From a virus, in IMG/VR virus record IMGVR_UViG_3300025687_000040: 64,000 nucleotides of DNA; one strand, 5' to 3'. Each line of letters starts with the position of its first letter. Position 1 is the first letter of the stretch. The position numbers were made by a program, and so were the translations under genes. The notes beneath the pieces are model-generated. The model had not been told where the DNA came from. It searched no databases and saw nothing but the letters and a program-made list of their open reading frames with translations. Of the stretch, positions 1-9,494 are shown in pieces.

Positions 1-1
1 T

Positions 2-337
2 AAATTACGTTTAGGTAATCTAGATGCAAGTCGAGATTGGGGTCATGCAAAAGACTATGCTGAGGGAATGCATACTATTTTACAGCAAGAAAATCCTGAC
101 GATTTTGTACTATGTACTGGTGAAACCAGAACTATTAGGGAATTCCTAACAGTAGCTTTTAAGCATATAGATATTGATGATTGGGAACCCTTTGTAGTTA
201 CTGACCCGGAATTCTACCGTCCGGCAGAAGTGGATTACTTGAGAGGATCATGTAAAAAAGCACAAGAAATCTTTGGATGGGCACCATCCTATAGTTTTGA
301 AGAACTTGTAAAGGAAATGGTTGAGTATGAATTATAA
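2..337 (+). CDS. gmd: GDP-mannose 4,6-dehydratase, C-terminal fragment (5' end lies outside the window)
   Basis: Translation from nt 2 reads KLRLGNLDASRDWGHAKDYAEGMHTILQQENPDDFVLCTGETRTIREF, which matches the conserved C-terminal region of bacterial Gmd. The ORF-track start at 68 is an internal Met. Confidence 0.8.
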   Translation, partial: KLRLGNLDASRDWGHAKDYAEGMHTILQQENPDDFVLCTGETRTIREFLTVAFKHIDIDDWEPFVVTDPEFYRPAEVDYLRGSCKKAQEIFGWAPSYSFEELVKEMVEYEL

Positions 338-785
338 TACATTGTTGTTTACTTTTGTTGTACTTGGTTTTACGATTATTCTCTTTATCTTATTTAAAAT
401 TTTAATAGATAACTTAAAAAGAGAGCAATCTACTAATCAAAAACTCAGGAGAGAGATTTCCGAGATAAAATCCAAGTTAAAATCAACAGAAGTAAGAACA
501 GGGCAGATAGCGGAACAATTTGCTCCGTACCTAGATGGGTTTCCATATGATCCGAAAGATGTACGATTTCTAGGTTCTCCTATTGATATGGTTGTTTTTG
601 ATTTTAAAGGTGACCAGATTGTTCTAATAGAATTTAAGACGGGGGAATCAAGAGAAACTGATCGTCAAAAAAAAATTAGACAAATGATTGAGAACGGTAG
701 GTGTATATATCAAGTAATCCGGGTAAAAGATCAACTATCAATAAAAACAACCAATCCTAATACAGGCTCTTATAGTTACGAATAA
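321..785 (+). CDS. Hjc-like (archaeal-type) Holliday junction resolvase with an N-terminal transmembrane helix
   Basis: Hydrophobic N-terminus LLFTFVVLGFTIILFILF. The core GSPIDMVVFDFKGDQIVLIEFKTGES resembles the Hjc PD-(D/E)xK motif (PD...EVK). Confidence 0.45.
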   Translation: MSMNYNTLLFTFVVLGFTIILFILFKILIDNLKREQSTNQKLRREISEIKSKLKSTEVRTGQIAEQFAPYLDGFPYDPKDVRFLGSPIDMVVFDFKGDQIVLIEFKTGESRETDRQKKIRQMIENGRCIYQVIRVKDQLSIKTTNPNTGSYSYE

Positions 786-931
786 TTTGTAGAATAATCT
801 ATAAAGATATTATGTTCATACTTTGAATTAAAAATTAATGAAGGCATAAACAATGACATATTATATGAATCTGTTGATCTTCTTAGTTTTACATAACAAT
901 CAAAATATATTACTAGACTAAGATTGGTCAT

Positions 932-1210
932 TTGAGAATGGTTAGAAGACATTATGACTGCCCTATTTATAAAGACGCTAGGTTAAAAACCTTAAAGAGG
1001 GATAAACGAACGTGCCAAATGCCAGGATGCAAGAGCCGTAAAAAATTACATGTCCATCATATTGAACGTTGGTCTGATGCCTCTTGGCTAAGATATGAAG
1101 TATTTAATCTAATTACTCTTTGTAAAGAGTGTCATGAATCAATTAATGGAAAAGAAGCCCATTATGTAGGACTATTCAAACAAATCATTGCCAAAAATGA
1201 AAAAAAATGA
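932..1210 (+). CDS. HNH endonuclease
   Basis: HVHHIERWSDAS...NLITLCKECHESI is a canonical HNH motif with flanking Cys pairs (CQMPGC ... CKEC). Confidence 0.8.
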   Translation: MRMVRRHYDCPIYKDARLKTLKRDKRTCQMPGCKSRKKLHVHHIERWSDASWLRYEVFNLITLCKECHESINGKEAHYVGLFKQIIAKNEKK

Positions 1211-1701
1211 CTATAAATATATTGATAGATACTCGTGAGCAAAAGCCTTTCTTTGAGGTAGCACCATACTTGTCTACCGGAGAGTATATGAAGACAGAGT
1301 TCCGGAAACTAGACGCGGGAGATTACTCGATAGAAGGCATGGAGCATATTCTAGCTATTGAGAGAAAGTCAACTAGTGGTGAGCTATATGGTAACTTAGC
1401 GAAGACATCGATGAAAGAGCGTTTTTATAGAGAGCTTGATAAGCTCTCAAAGATTCAGAAAGCAATCATATTGTGTGAATTTCCGGAGTCCCATATCTTT
1501 AGTTTTCCTAATGACTCCGGAATTCCAGAATGTAAAAAGAAATATATAAGAGGTGGTTCCGGGTTTTTCCGGAAATTAATTCATGAGGTTATGGATAATT
1601 ACGACATTGAATTTGTGTATTGTGAGAACAAGATAGAAGCTGAAAAATATGCGGCACAATTAATTAGGGATACATGGGTAGAACATAATTCTAAGGAATG
1701 A
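1207..1701 (+). CDS. ERCC4-type (XPF/Mus81/Hef-like) nuclease
   Basis: IDTREQ...GDYSIEG...AIERKSTSGELYGNL matches the ERCC4 signature (VDxRE ... GDY ... ERKxxxDL). Confidence 0.6.
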   Translation: MTINILIDTREQKPFFEVAPYLSTGEYMKTEFRKLDAGDYSIEGMEHILAIERKSTSGELYGNLAKTSMKERFYRELDKLSKIQKAIILCEFPESHIFSFPNDSGIPECKKKYIRGGSGFFRKLIHEVMDNYDIEFVYCENKIEAEKYAAQLIRDTWVEHNSKE

Positions 1702-1813
1702 TAAAATTTTTGCATATCTAGAATGGCTTGGTGAGCTAGTAAAACTGATAGGGGATTTAATCCCCCGTCGAATTCTAGTCGAACCAACCCATCAAGGCGT
1801 AAAATTCAAAGGT

Positions 1814-2254
1814 ATGCACACATCCCTTCTTCTTTTACCAGGTCGTTACTGGTATATCCCTTTTTTCTCAACTTACTATCTATTACCTGTTGTCAGACAG
1901 TCTCTGTATACGCTTGAACAAGACTTAATGACGTTAGATGGTAAACCACTCAAACTAAGGTCTGTGGTGTCTTACGAGGTCGATGACGTTATGACAGCGA
2001 TAGCTAAAGCCTACGAAGTAACAGACCAGATTGACGATGAAACTATGGGTCTAATCTGTCGTTATGTAGCTAGAAAAGAATTAAAAGAGTTAATGGATGA
2101 CCGGACAAAAATGAATAGGGAAATCACAGGTTTGGTTCATCGAAGAATGCAAGAATATGGAATTAGTGTTAAAAGAGTGCAAATTACATCTTTTATTTCC
2201 GGGTATTCAATACTCCATACCGGAATTGATATAAATCTAGGTGAACCTAAATGA
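1814..2254 (+). CDS. SPFH/band-7 (HflC-like) domain protein, apparently N-terminally truncated
   Basis: TLDGKPLKLRSVVSYEVDDVMTAIAKAYEVTDQ matches the SPFH core. The expected N-terminal TM and beta region is absent, and an in-frame TAA lies upstream at 1739. Confidence 0.45.
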   Translation: MHTSLLLLPGRYWYIPFFSTYYLLPVVRQSLYTLEQDLMTLDGKPLKLRSVVSYEVDDVMTAIAKAYEVTDQIDDETMGLICRYVARKELKELMDDRTKMNREITGLVHRRMQEYGISVKRVQITSFISGYSILHTGIDINLGEPK

Positions 2255-5200
2255 CTGAACGCTTAAGAGTAGAAATATTATCCGAACTTAATGATGCTTG
2301 GCTTAATATTAATTATAATAAAAATGAGTTATGTAAGCCTTTCGATTTACTCACTACAGACGATCCAGAGGAATTTTACAAGACGTTTACCTGGCTAATG
2401 ATACAGCCTGAGTACTTCTGTTTTCTCTGTAAGAACATATTGAATATAGACCTTGTCCCTTTTCAAGGACTTATGCTTGAGGAAATCTGGAAGCGAAAGT
2501 TTCCCATGCTGATTGGTAGTCGTGGGGTAGGAAAAACGTTTCTACTATCCCTTTATTCATTGATGAGGGCATTAATCATGCCCGAAAGAAAAGTCGTTGT
2601 GGTAGGGTCTGCGTTCCGCCAGTCTAAGTTCTTACATGACTATATGGAGACGATTTGGAAAAGGTCGCCCATATTAAGAGACTTATGCGATTCTAACAGT
2701 GGTCCACGTCGTGATGTAGATATGTGCCGGATGATTATCAATAGTAGTCAGGTAACAGCTCTGCCTATTGGAGATGGATGCGTAAGTCCTTTTACATTAA
2801 CTACTTACAATAATTCTATTGGAAATATTATTGAAGGAGATAGTTATTCTAATGTTTGGGGAAATGGTAAATTTCGTGATATTGAGTATTCAATAGATAA
2901 TGGCGTCAAACCCACCAAGATTATCACTACAAAACGGGGTTATTCGTATGAAGGCACCTATAATCACGCAATGAAAGTTCTTCGTAATGGTTCTGTTGAT
3001 TGGGTTAGAACTGACAATATGCAAAAAGGAGATCGTATTTTAATCGATAGATCTCAAAGGTGGCATGAGGGAGATATTAATTGTAGTTTGGATCAAGCCT
3101 ATGCTCTAGGAGCAATGATCGGTGATGGTTGTTGGACAGATCCTTATGGTTTGAGTTTTGCGACTAAAGATAAAGAGATTATTGATAGAATAGACAACCT
3201 TATCCCTCAAATAGTTGCTAGACCAAATAAGAATGAAATCCTCTATAAGCCTTGGAAGATGTCAAAAGATGAAGTACATTGGAAGATCAGCTCTAAACCT
3301 TTAAGAAATAAATTTTTAGGATATTGGGGCTTAGATAAATGTTATGCTATAGATAAATGTCTACCTAGAACTATTTTGGAAGGCTCTAAGCGGCACATGT
3401 CTGAATGTCTTGCTGGATTATATGACACAGACGGTCACGTTTTTATAGACACTTCTCGTGGCGGAACCACAATCTCTGTCAATTTTACAAATACAAGTAA
3501 GAGACTTGTAGAACAAATTCAGTATATACTTCTGCATTACGGCATCGTTTCAACATTAACATATAGAGATCGTGACAAAAAATGGAACCGTGTTTATGAA
3601 TTAGGGATATATGGTAGAAATGTCAAATTATTTGCTGATCAGATTAACTTCCGTTTATCTAGAAAAAGAGACAGTCTTAATGCCGCTATTTCCCAAAAGA
3701 AACGCTGGAATAGCTTTGATGATACCGTTCCTGTGACTCAAGAGCAGGTTCTAACAGCTTTGGAAGGAGCTAGATATAAAGAATGCCTGTCTACATCTAA
3801 GGTCAAAAGTAGAAAAACTTTTCAAATTAATTTCTTACAAAAGGTCTTAGACCATATTGATCATATTCCCGATTGGGCAGAACTGGTAAATCCTGATATA
3901 TTCTATGATGAAGTATATTCTATAGAAGACTCGGAATGCCATACCTGTGATATACATGTTCCAGAAGGAAACGAATATTGTGCAAATGGGTTTTTTAGTC
4001 ATAACAGCAAGATTCGTGGTCAGCGTGCCAATGATATCATTGCAGACGAATTTGCTTCACAGTCCCGTGACATATTCGAAAACGTTATTGCCGGTTTTGG
4101 TGCCGTTTCCTCATCACCGTCCGAAGGCGTCAAATTAGCCGCAGCTAAGAATCTTGCAAAACAAAGAGGATATGACCCTTCTCTTTTACAAGAAAACTTT
4201 GCCAATGAAGACTTTGGTAACCAGATTGTTTTATCAGGAACAGCTTATTATGACTTTAATCATTTCTCAACATATTGGAAACGATGGCGTTCAATTATAA
4301 ACTCTAAGGGCGATCCTGTCAAGCTTAAAGAGACTTTTGGCGAAGAAAAAGTGCCGGATAGTTTCAACTGGAAAGATTATTCAGTTATTAGAATGCCTTT
4401 TGAGTTAATTCCTAAAGGATTTATGGATGACGCTCAAGTAGCCCGTTCTAAGGCTACCGTACATAACGGCATTTATCTGATGGAATTTAGTGCTGTTTTC
4501 TGTACAGATAGTGCAGGATTCTTTAAGAGAAGTTTGATTGAAGCATGTACGGGTTCTGAGCAAAAACCAATCAAGTTACCTTCTGGCGACTTATACTTTG
4601 ACCCCTCACTAAAGGGGCAAATTGATAAGCAATATATTATTGGTGTAGACCCTGCATCTGAAGTCGATAATTTTTCGATTGTTGTATTAGAAGTAAACTC
4701 AGATCATAGAAGAATAGCTCATGTTTGGACTACTACAAGAAAAGAGTATAATGAGAGATTAAAACGCGGATTAACAGAAGAAGGGGACTTCTACGCATAT
4801 TGTGCCAGACGTATTCGTGATCTAATGGGGGCTTTTCCAACTATTCATATCGCAATGGATGCTCAAGGTGGCGGAATTGCTGTAGCTGAAGCTTTACATG
4901 ATCCTGTTAGGCTTCTACCAGGAGAACTTCCTATTTGGCCTGTTATCGATGAAGACAAGGAAAAAGATACTGACGACGAACAGGGTCTTCATATATTAGA
5001 ATTATGCCAGTTTGCGAAATATGACTGGCTCTCTGAGGCTAATCATGGTCTAAGAAAAGATCTGGAAGATAAAGTTCTTCTATTCCCCAGATTTGATCCT
5101 ATTACAATTGGATTGTCTATTGAACAGGATAAAGCCAGTAACAGAACTTATGATACTTTGGAAGATTGTGTGATGGAAATTGAGGCATTGAAGGATGAAC

Positions 5201-5478
5201 TGTGTCTTATAGAAATTCGTCAGACTCCTACAGGTAGAGATCAGTGGAATACACCAGAAGTTAAGACAGGTGTGGGCAAGAAAGATAGACTGAGAAAAGA
5301 CCGATATTCAGCACTTTTAATGGCTAATATGGCTGCTCGACAAACTCGTAACGCCCGCATTCAAGACTCTTATGAAATTTATGGAGGCTTTGCTTCCGTG
5401 CCAGATAGTAATAAAAAAAGCGAGGCTATTTTTCTTGGTCCTAACTGGTATACAGAAAAAATGAATGGGGTTTATTAA
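2251..5478 (+). CDS. terL: Terminase large subunit interrupted by an intein
   Basis: Walker A GSRGVGKT lies before the insertion and Walker B-like IIADEFA after it. A nuclease-domain-like GVDPASEVDNFSIVVLEV sits C-terminally. The gene is placed upstream of the portal gene. Confidence 0.85.
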   Translation: MTERLRVEILSELNDAWLNINYNKNELCKPFDLLTTDDPEEFYKTFTWLMIQPEYFCFLCKNILNIDLVPFQGLMLEEIWKRKFPMLIGSRGVGKTFLLSLYSLMRALIMPERKVVVVGSAFRQSKFLHDYMETIWKRSPILRDLCDSNSGPRRDVDMCRMIINSSQVTALPIGDGCVSPFTLTTYNNSIGNIIEGDSYSNVWGNGKFRDIEYSIDNGVKPTKIITTKRGYSYEGTYNHAMKVLRNGSVDWVRTDNMQKGDRILIDRSQRWHEGDINCSLDQAYALGAMIGDGCWTDPYGLSFATKDKEIIDRIDNLIPQIVARPNKNEILYKPWKMSKDEVHWKISSKPLRNKFLGYWGLDKCYAIDKCLPRTILEGSKRHMSECLAGLYDTDGHVFIDTSRGGTTISVNFTNTSKRLVEQIQYILLHYGIVSTLTYRDRDKKWNRVYELGIYGRNVKLFADQINFRLSRKRDSLNAAISQKKRWNSFDDTVPVTQEQVLTALEGARYKECLSTSKVKSRKTFQINFLQKVLDHIDHIPDWAELVNPDIFYDEVYSIEDSECHTCDIHVPEGNEYCANGFFSHNSKIRGQRANDIIADEFASQSRDIFENVIAGFGAVSSSPSEGVKLAAAKNLAKQRGYDPSLLQENFANEDFGNQIVLSGTAYYDFNHFSTYWKRWRSIINSKGDPVKLKETFGEEKVPDSFNWKDYSVIRMPFELIPKGFMDDAQVARSKATVHNGIYLMEFSAVFCTDSAGFFKRSLIEACTGSEQKPIKLPSGDLYFDPSLKGQIDKQYIIGVDPASEVDNFSIVVLEVNSDHRRIAHVWTTTRKEYNERLKRGLTEEGDFYAYCARRIRDLMGAFPTIHIAMDAQGGGIAVAEALHDPVRLLPGELPIWPVIDEDKEKDTDDEQGLHILELCQFAKYDWLSEANHGLRKDLEDKVLLFPRFDPITIGLSIEQDKASNRTYDTLEDCVMEIEALKDELCLIEIRQTPTGRDQWNTPEVKTGVGKKDRLRKDRYSALLMANMAARQTRNARIQDSYEIYGGFASVPDSNKKSEAIFLGPNWYTEKMNGVY
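2779..4005 (+). mobile_element. Full intein (409 aa) with a LAGLIDADG homing endonuclease inside terL
   Basis: It starts with Cys (IGDG|CVSPF) and ends ...FFSHN followed by Ser +1. Two LAGLIDADG motifs are present, LGAMIGDGC and LAGLYDTDGHV. The extein frame is continuous. Confidence 0.85.
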
Positions 5479-5532
5479 AAAACGGTGTATTAAACAGACG
5501 TAGTTTAATTGTAATCATAACAAGGTTAGATT

Positions 5533-7623
5533 ATGTCTGAAGAAAATCTTAGTACAGCTAAAAATCTATATATAGATATGAATGATAAAGATGCTTTAGA
5601 AAGAGCATCTGAAAATTTATCTTCATATCAAGGAATGATGTCCGCTAGTGCTTCAAGCCGGACCTTCCTCAGTATGGAGCCAGGTCTTTCTGTTCGTGAT
5701 AGTTATAGTAAAAATAGTTATTATGGATTCAGACCGGGGGAAGAACCTCCCAATCATCAACAGGATATTATGCAGCGATGTATGTCTGCATATGATAAAG
5801 TTGGAATTATAAAAAACGTTATCGACTTGATGGGCGATTTTGGCTCACAAGGGATTAGTTTGGTTCATAGTGATCCTAATGCCCAAAAATTCTATCGTCG
5901 TTGGTGGGAAGAAATTGGTGGGTCTGAACGATCTGAGCGTTTCTTAAATAATTTATTTCGTACCGGAAACGTTATTGTTAAACGTCGTTATGTGAAACTT
6001 ACTAAAGTAAATCAAAGAACTTTAACAAAGGGTGATGAAGATCTTAAATACCTCGAAGAGAAAATGTCTACTCGTAGAATTCCTTTTGTATACAATTTTC
6101 TTAATCCAACTACTATAGAAGTAGATGGTGGTGAGACTGCTTTATTTTCTGGCGATAAAAAATATTTTGTAAAAATCTCTAAAAAGATACGAGATGAATT
6201 TAAAAAGAAAAATTCGACACTCAAAAATCTTCCAGTTGATATAATTAACGCATTAAAAAATAATCAGGAAAGGATTGAACTAAAACCAGAAACTATAGAA
6301 GTCTTTCATTATAAGAAAGACGATTGGCAATTATGGGCATATCCCATGATTAACCCAATACTTGACGATATCACGATGCTTGAGAAGATGAAGCTTGCTG
6401 ATATGTCTGCTTTAGATGGTGCTATATCTAATATTCGTCTTTGGCGTCTAGGAGATCTTGAGCACAAAATTCTCCCAACAAAGGCAGCAATTGATAAATT
6501 GCGAGATGTCTTAGCTACTAACGTTGGTGGAGGAACAATGGATCTGGTTTGGGGTCCGGAAATTGACTTCAAAGAGAGTAATAGCCAGGTTTATAAATTC
6601 TTAGGTAATGAAAAGTATGGTCCTGTATTAAATAGCATATATGCCGGATTGGGTATTCCCCCAACTTTAACCGGAATTGCTGGACAGAGCGGCGGATTTA
6701 CTAACAATTTCATCTCTCTTAAAACATTAATTGAGAGACTTGAATACGGTAGAAATATGCTCTCTAAATTCTGGAATGGAGAAATCCGAAAAGTCCAGAA
6801 AGCTATGGGGTTCAAGAATCCCGCCTATATACATTTTGACCATATGATTCTATCTGATGATTCTTCAGAAAAAGCCTTGTTAATACAACTAGCTGATAGA
6901 GATGTTATTTCTCTCGAAACAGTTAGAGAAAGGTTTGGAGAAAATGAAGAGATTGAAACAGCTAGAGTCAAAAGAGAATCCAGAGCACGAGAAAGCTATA
7001 AGATTCCTCCTAAAGCTGGTCCTTATCATAATGCCCAACAGGAAGATGAGTTCAACAAGATTGCTCTTAATAAGGATCAGATCAGCATTGAGCAAGTATC
7101 TAGAGTAAAACGTAACCCCCAAGCTCCTATAGGTCAAGAGCCAGGAGCTAATCCAAAGTCAGAAAATCCTAAACAACCAAGTCCGGAAAATGGCAGACCT
7201 AAGAATGCTAGGGATACAAAACCTAGAAAACAAAGAAGGGTCAATCCAAGGACAAATCCTGGGAAAGCATCTGCCTTAATATGGGCAATATCGGCACAGA
7301 AGAAAATTGCCGACTCCCTGCTTCCTTCTTTTCTAGCTCATTGCAATAAGAAAGATTCAAGGACATTAACAAAGTCTCAGTCTAATGAGTTTGAACTTTT
7401 AAAACTAAGTGTATTATCACATTTGGAACTATTTCAAGAGATTACTGATGAAGTAATTCTTGGTATATTGGAAAGTGAACCAAATCTCACCCCCTTAATA
7501 CTATCTGAAATAGCTAGTCTTAAGCAAGATTTCTTCAATTCAAACTCTAAAGAACCATCACTAGAAGAGATGCGTCAAATTTATTGTTTTGCATACGTTC
7601 AAATAAAAGACGCCGAATTATAA
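5533..7623 (+). CDS. Putative portal protein
   Basis: A 696-aa protein immediately downstream of terL. Its size and position fit a portal. No diagnostic motif was verified. Confidence 0.5.
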   Translation: MSEENLSTAKNLYIDMNDKDALERASENLSSYQGMMSASASSRTFLSMEPGLSVRDSYSKNSYYGFRPGEEPPNHQQDIMQRCMSAYDKVGIIKNVIDLMGDFGSQGISLVHSDPNAQKFYRRWWEEIGGSERSERFLNNLFRTGNVIVKRRYVKLTKVNQRTLTKGDEDLKYLEEKMSTRRIPFVYNFLNPTTIEVDGGETALFSGDKKYFVKISKKIRDEFKKKNSTLKNLPVDIINALKNNQERIELKPETIEVFHYKKDDWQLWAYPMINPILDDITMLEKMKLADMSALDGAISNIRLWRLGDLEHKILPTKAAIDKLRDVLATNVGGGTMDLVWGPEIDFKESNSQVYKFLGNEKYGPVLNSIYAGLGIPPTLTGIAGQSGGFTNNFISLKTLIERLEYGRNMLSKFWNGEIRKVQKAMGFKNPAYIHFDHMILSDDSSEKALLIQLADRDVISLETVRERFGENEEIETARVKRESRARESYKIPPKAGPYHNAQQEDEFNKIALNKDQISIEQVSRVKRNPQAPIGQEPGANPKSENPKQPSPENGRPKNARDTKPRKQRRVNPRTNPGKASALIWAISAQKKIADSLLPSFLAHCNKKDSRTLTKSQSNEFELLKLSVLSHLELFQEITDEVILGILESEPNLTPLILSEIASLKQDFFNSNSKEPSLEEMRQIYCFAYVQIKDAEL

Positions 7624-7654
7624 AATTTGGTGTATAATAAAACGAGGTGACTAT

Positions 7655-9004
7655 ATGAAAATATATGAACAAGAAATTTTAGATGGTTTAAGTGATATAG
7701 TTAAGTCTAGTGCTAGTGTGGCACTAGAAGCAAAAATTCTTCTTGATGCTGACTATACCCATCCTTCTAAAGAAGATATTCAAAAGACTATTGCTGGTTT
7801 TGGTAATTCAAATCCTGACCAGATTGATTTATATTATCTGAACTCAATCCTTGTCTCTACTGGATGGAATAAAAACGATGATGTTTTTGATCCTGATGAA
7901 GTTTGGGCGGCAAGAGATACTCCGGTAGATAAGCAATTTAACTATATGCATAATGAAACTGATATCATTGGGCATATAACTGGTTCTATTGTTGTTGATC
8001 AAGATGGGTCGAAGGTTATATCTGAAGAAAGACCAGAAGTATTCGACATTATTACTTCGGCTGTTATTTATAAAAGCTGGAGTGATCCAGAACTCCGTCA
8101 AAGAATTAAATCTTTGACTGAAGAGATTGATGAAGGAAAATGGGCGGTCTCTATGGAGTGTCTATTTTCTGACTTTGATTATTCTGTGATTAGTCCAGAA
8201 GGTAAAATAAATGTAGTTGTTAGAGATGAAGACTCTGCATTCTTAACAAAACATCTCCGGGTTTATGGAGGCGAAGGTAAATGGAATGGATACAAAGTTG
8301 GTAGATTATTGCGTAATATCTCTTTTTCTGGTAAAGGCTTAGTTAATCAACCTGCTAATCCTAGAAGTATCATTCTTGATTCGAACCAAGATGTATTCGA
8401 GCAAGAAACTCAACCTTTTAAAATTAAGGAGTTTGCTATGTCCGATACTCCATCGGTCACGAGTCCTGAATTGGAAGCTGCCGCAGCTTCTGTTTCTCTT
8501 ACAGAACTTGAAAATGTGAAAAATGAAAAAGATGCTGTGATTGCTGAACTTAATGAAACTATCGCACAGCATGTAGAGACTGAAAAAGCTCTTAGTACAG
8601 AATTGGCTACGGTCAAATCTGAATTAGATGCTTCTAAAACTAAGCTTACTGAGGCTGTTGCTACTATTCGCACGTTGAATCGTACTAAACAGGCTCTTGA
8701 AGTTGGCATTACTGAAGACAAAGTCGGCAATCTTTTAGAAAAGTTCGACTCTGTAGATGATGAAGCTTTTGCAGCGATGTTGGAATTGGTCCATACGCCA
8801 CAGGCTACTCCTGAAGTAGTTATTGCTGAAGCGGTAGAAGAAAAAGTAGAAGAAGTAGAAGAAAGTGTTGCTCAAGAACTTGATGAAGTTGAACAAGAAG
8901 CGGAAGCCGCTCTTATTTCTACTCCAGAAGATCTGACAGATACGTTTGCTTCTACTGCTAGTTATTTTAGAAATGTTCTTAAAACTACTCAAAACCTTAA
9001 ATAA
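7655..9004 (+). CDS. Putative scaffolding protein (N-terminal domain could be a fused prohead protease)
   Basis: The C-terminal half is coiled-coil-like and strongly acidic (EEKVEEVEESVAQELDEVEQEAEA), and it sits between portal and capsid. Confidence 0.4.
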   Translation: MKIYEQEILDGLSDIVKSSASVALEAKILLDADYTHPSKEDIQKTIAGFGNSNPDQIDLYYLNSILVSTGWNKNDDVFDPDEVWAARDTPVDKQFNYMHNETDIIGHITGSIVVDQDGSKVISEERPEVFDIITSAVIYKSWSDPELRQRIKSLTEEIDEGKWAVSMECLFSDFDYSVISPEGKINVVVRDEDSAFLTKHLRVYGGEGKWNGYKVGRLLRNISFSGKGLVNQPANPRSIILDSNQDVFEQETQPFKIKEFAMSDTPSVTSPELEAAAASVSLTELENVKNEKDAVIAELNETIAQHVETEKALSTELATVKSELDASKTKLTEAVATIRTLNRTKQALEVGITEDKVGNLLEKFDSVDDEAFAAMLELVHTPQATPEVVIAEAVEEKVEEVEESVAQELDEVEQEAEAALISTPEDLTDTFASTASYFRNVLKTTQNLK

Positions 9005-9010
9005 TCAGGG

Positions 9011-9469
9011 GTGTTTACAATGGCTCTTAAAGGTGATCGAAACGAACTTGATACTGACATTAGTTTTTTCATTAACGAAACGGCTGAAAAAGGTCAGTTC
9101 ATGAGTATCAGTACTGCTGGTTCTGGTTCCGCAATGGATAACAGCAACGCTGTTGTTACAGTTGCAGCAGAAGCAAGTGGTGCGAAGTTTGCTGGTATTC
9201 TTTTAAACGATGTCGTTAATATTGATCAGTCTCGTTATCATATTAATTGGCAGAAAGATGAAGTTCAGCAGGGAGGTAAAGTTACCCTCTTGCGAAAAGG
9301 TTGGGTCGTTACGGACCAGATTTCTGGTACTCCAACGGCAGGCCAAGATTGTTATTTGGCTGATTCGGGCAACTGCTCTGCTACGCAGGATGGTACGGCT
9401 CCAAAAATTGGTCAATTTCTATCAACGAAGAACGCCGATGGCTTTGCCAAGGTCGCTGTCAACGTCTAA
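9011..9469 (+). CDS. Hypothetical head protein (possible decoration or minor capsid protein)
   Basis: Called only on position between scaffold and capsid. The likely true start is the ATG at 9020 (MALKGD); 9011 is a GTG. Confidence 0.3.
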   Translation: MFTMALKGDRNELDTDISFFINETAEKGQFMSISTAGSGSAMDNSNAVVTVAAEASGAKFAGILLNDVVNIDQSRYHINWQKDEVQQGGKVTLLRKGWVVTDQISGTPTAGQDCYLADSGNCSATQDGTAPKIGQFLSTKNADGFAKVAVNV

Positions 9470-9494
9470 CAAACTTTTCTTAGGGGTAAAATAA

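Noticed and set aside
1751-1765. The perfect palindrome GGGGATTTAATCCCC, considered as a terminator or tRNA fragment.
   Set aside because: It has no downstream T tract and no cloverleaf. It is kept only as a note under the SPFH finding.
1599-1787. A minus-strand 62-aa ORF overlapping the 3' end of the ERCC4-like gene.
   Set aside because: It is antisense to a supported CDS and spans the palindromic intergenic hairpin. It is unlikely to be real.
3947-4205. The antisense or alternative-frame ORFs inside terL (3947..4138 +, 4020..4205 -). Similar small ORFs lie inside other long genes, for example 6012..7137, 8339..8992, 28002..28232 and 30924..33647.
   Set aside because: They are embedded in well-supported long CDSs, have no RBS, and show compositionally biased translations. 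They are treated as noise.
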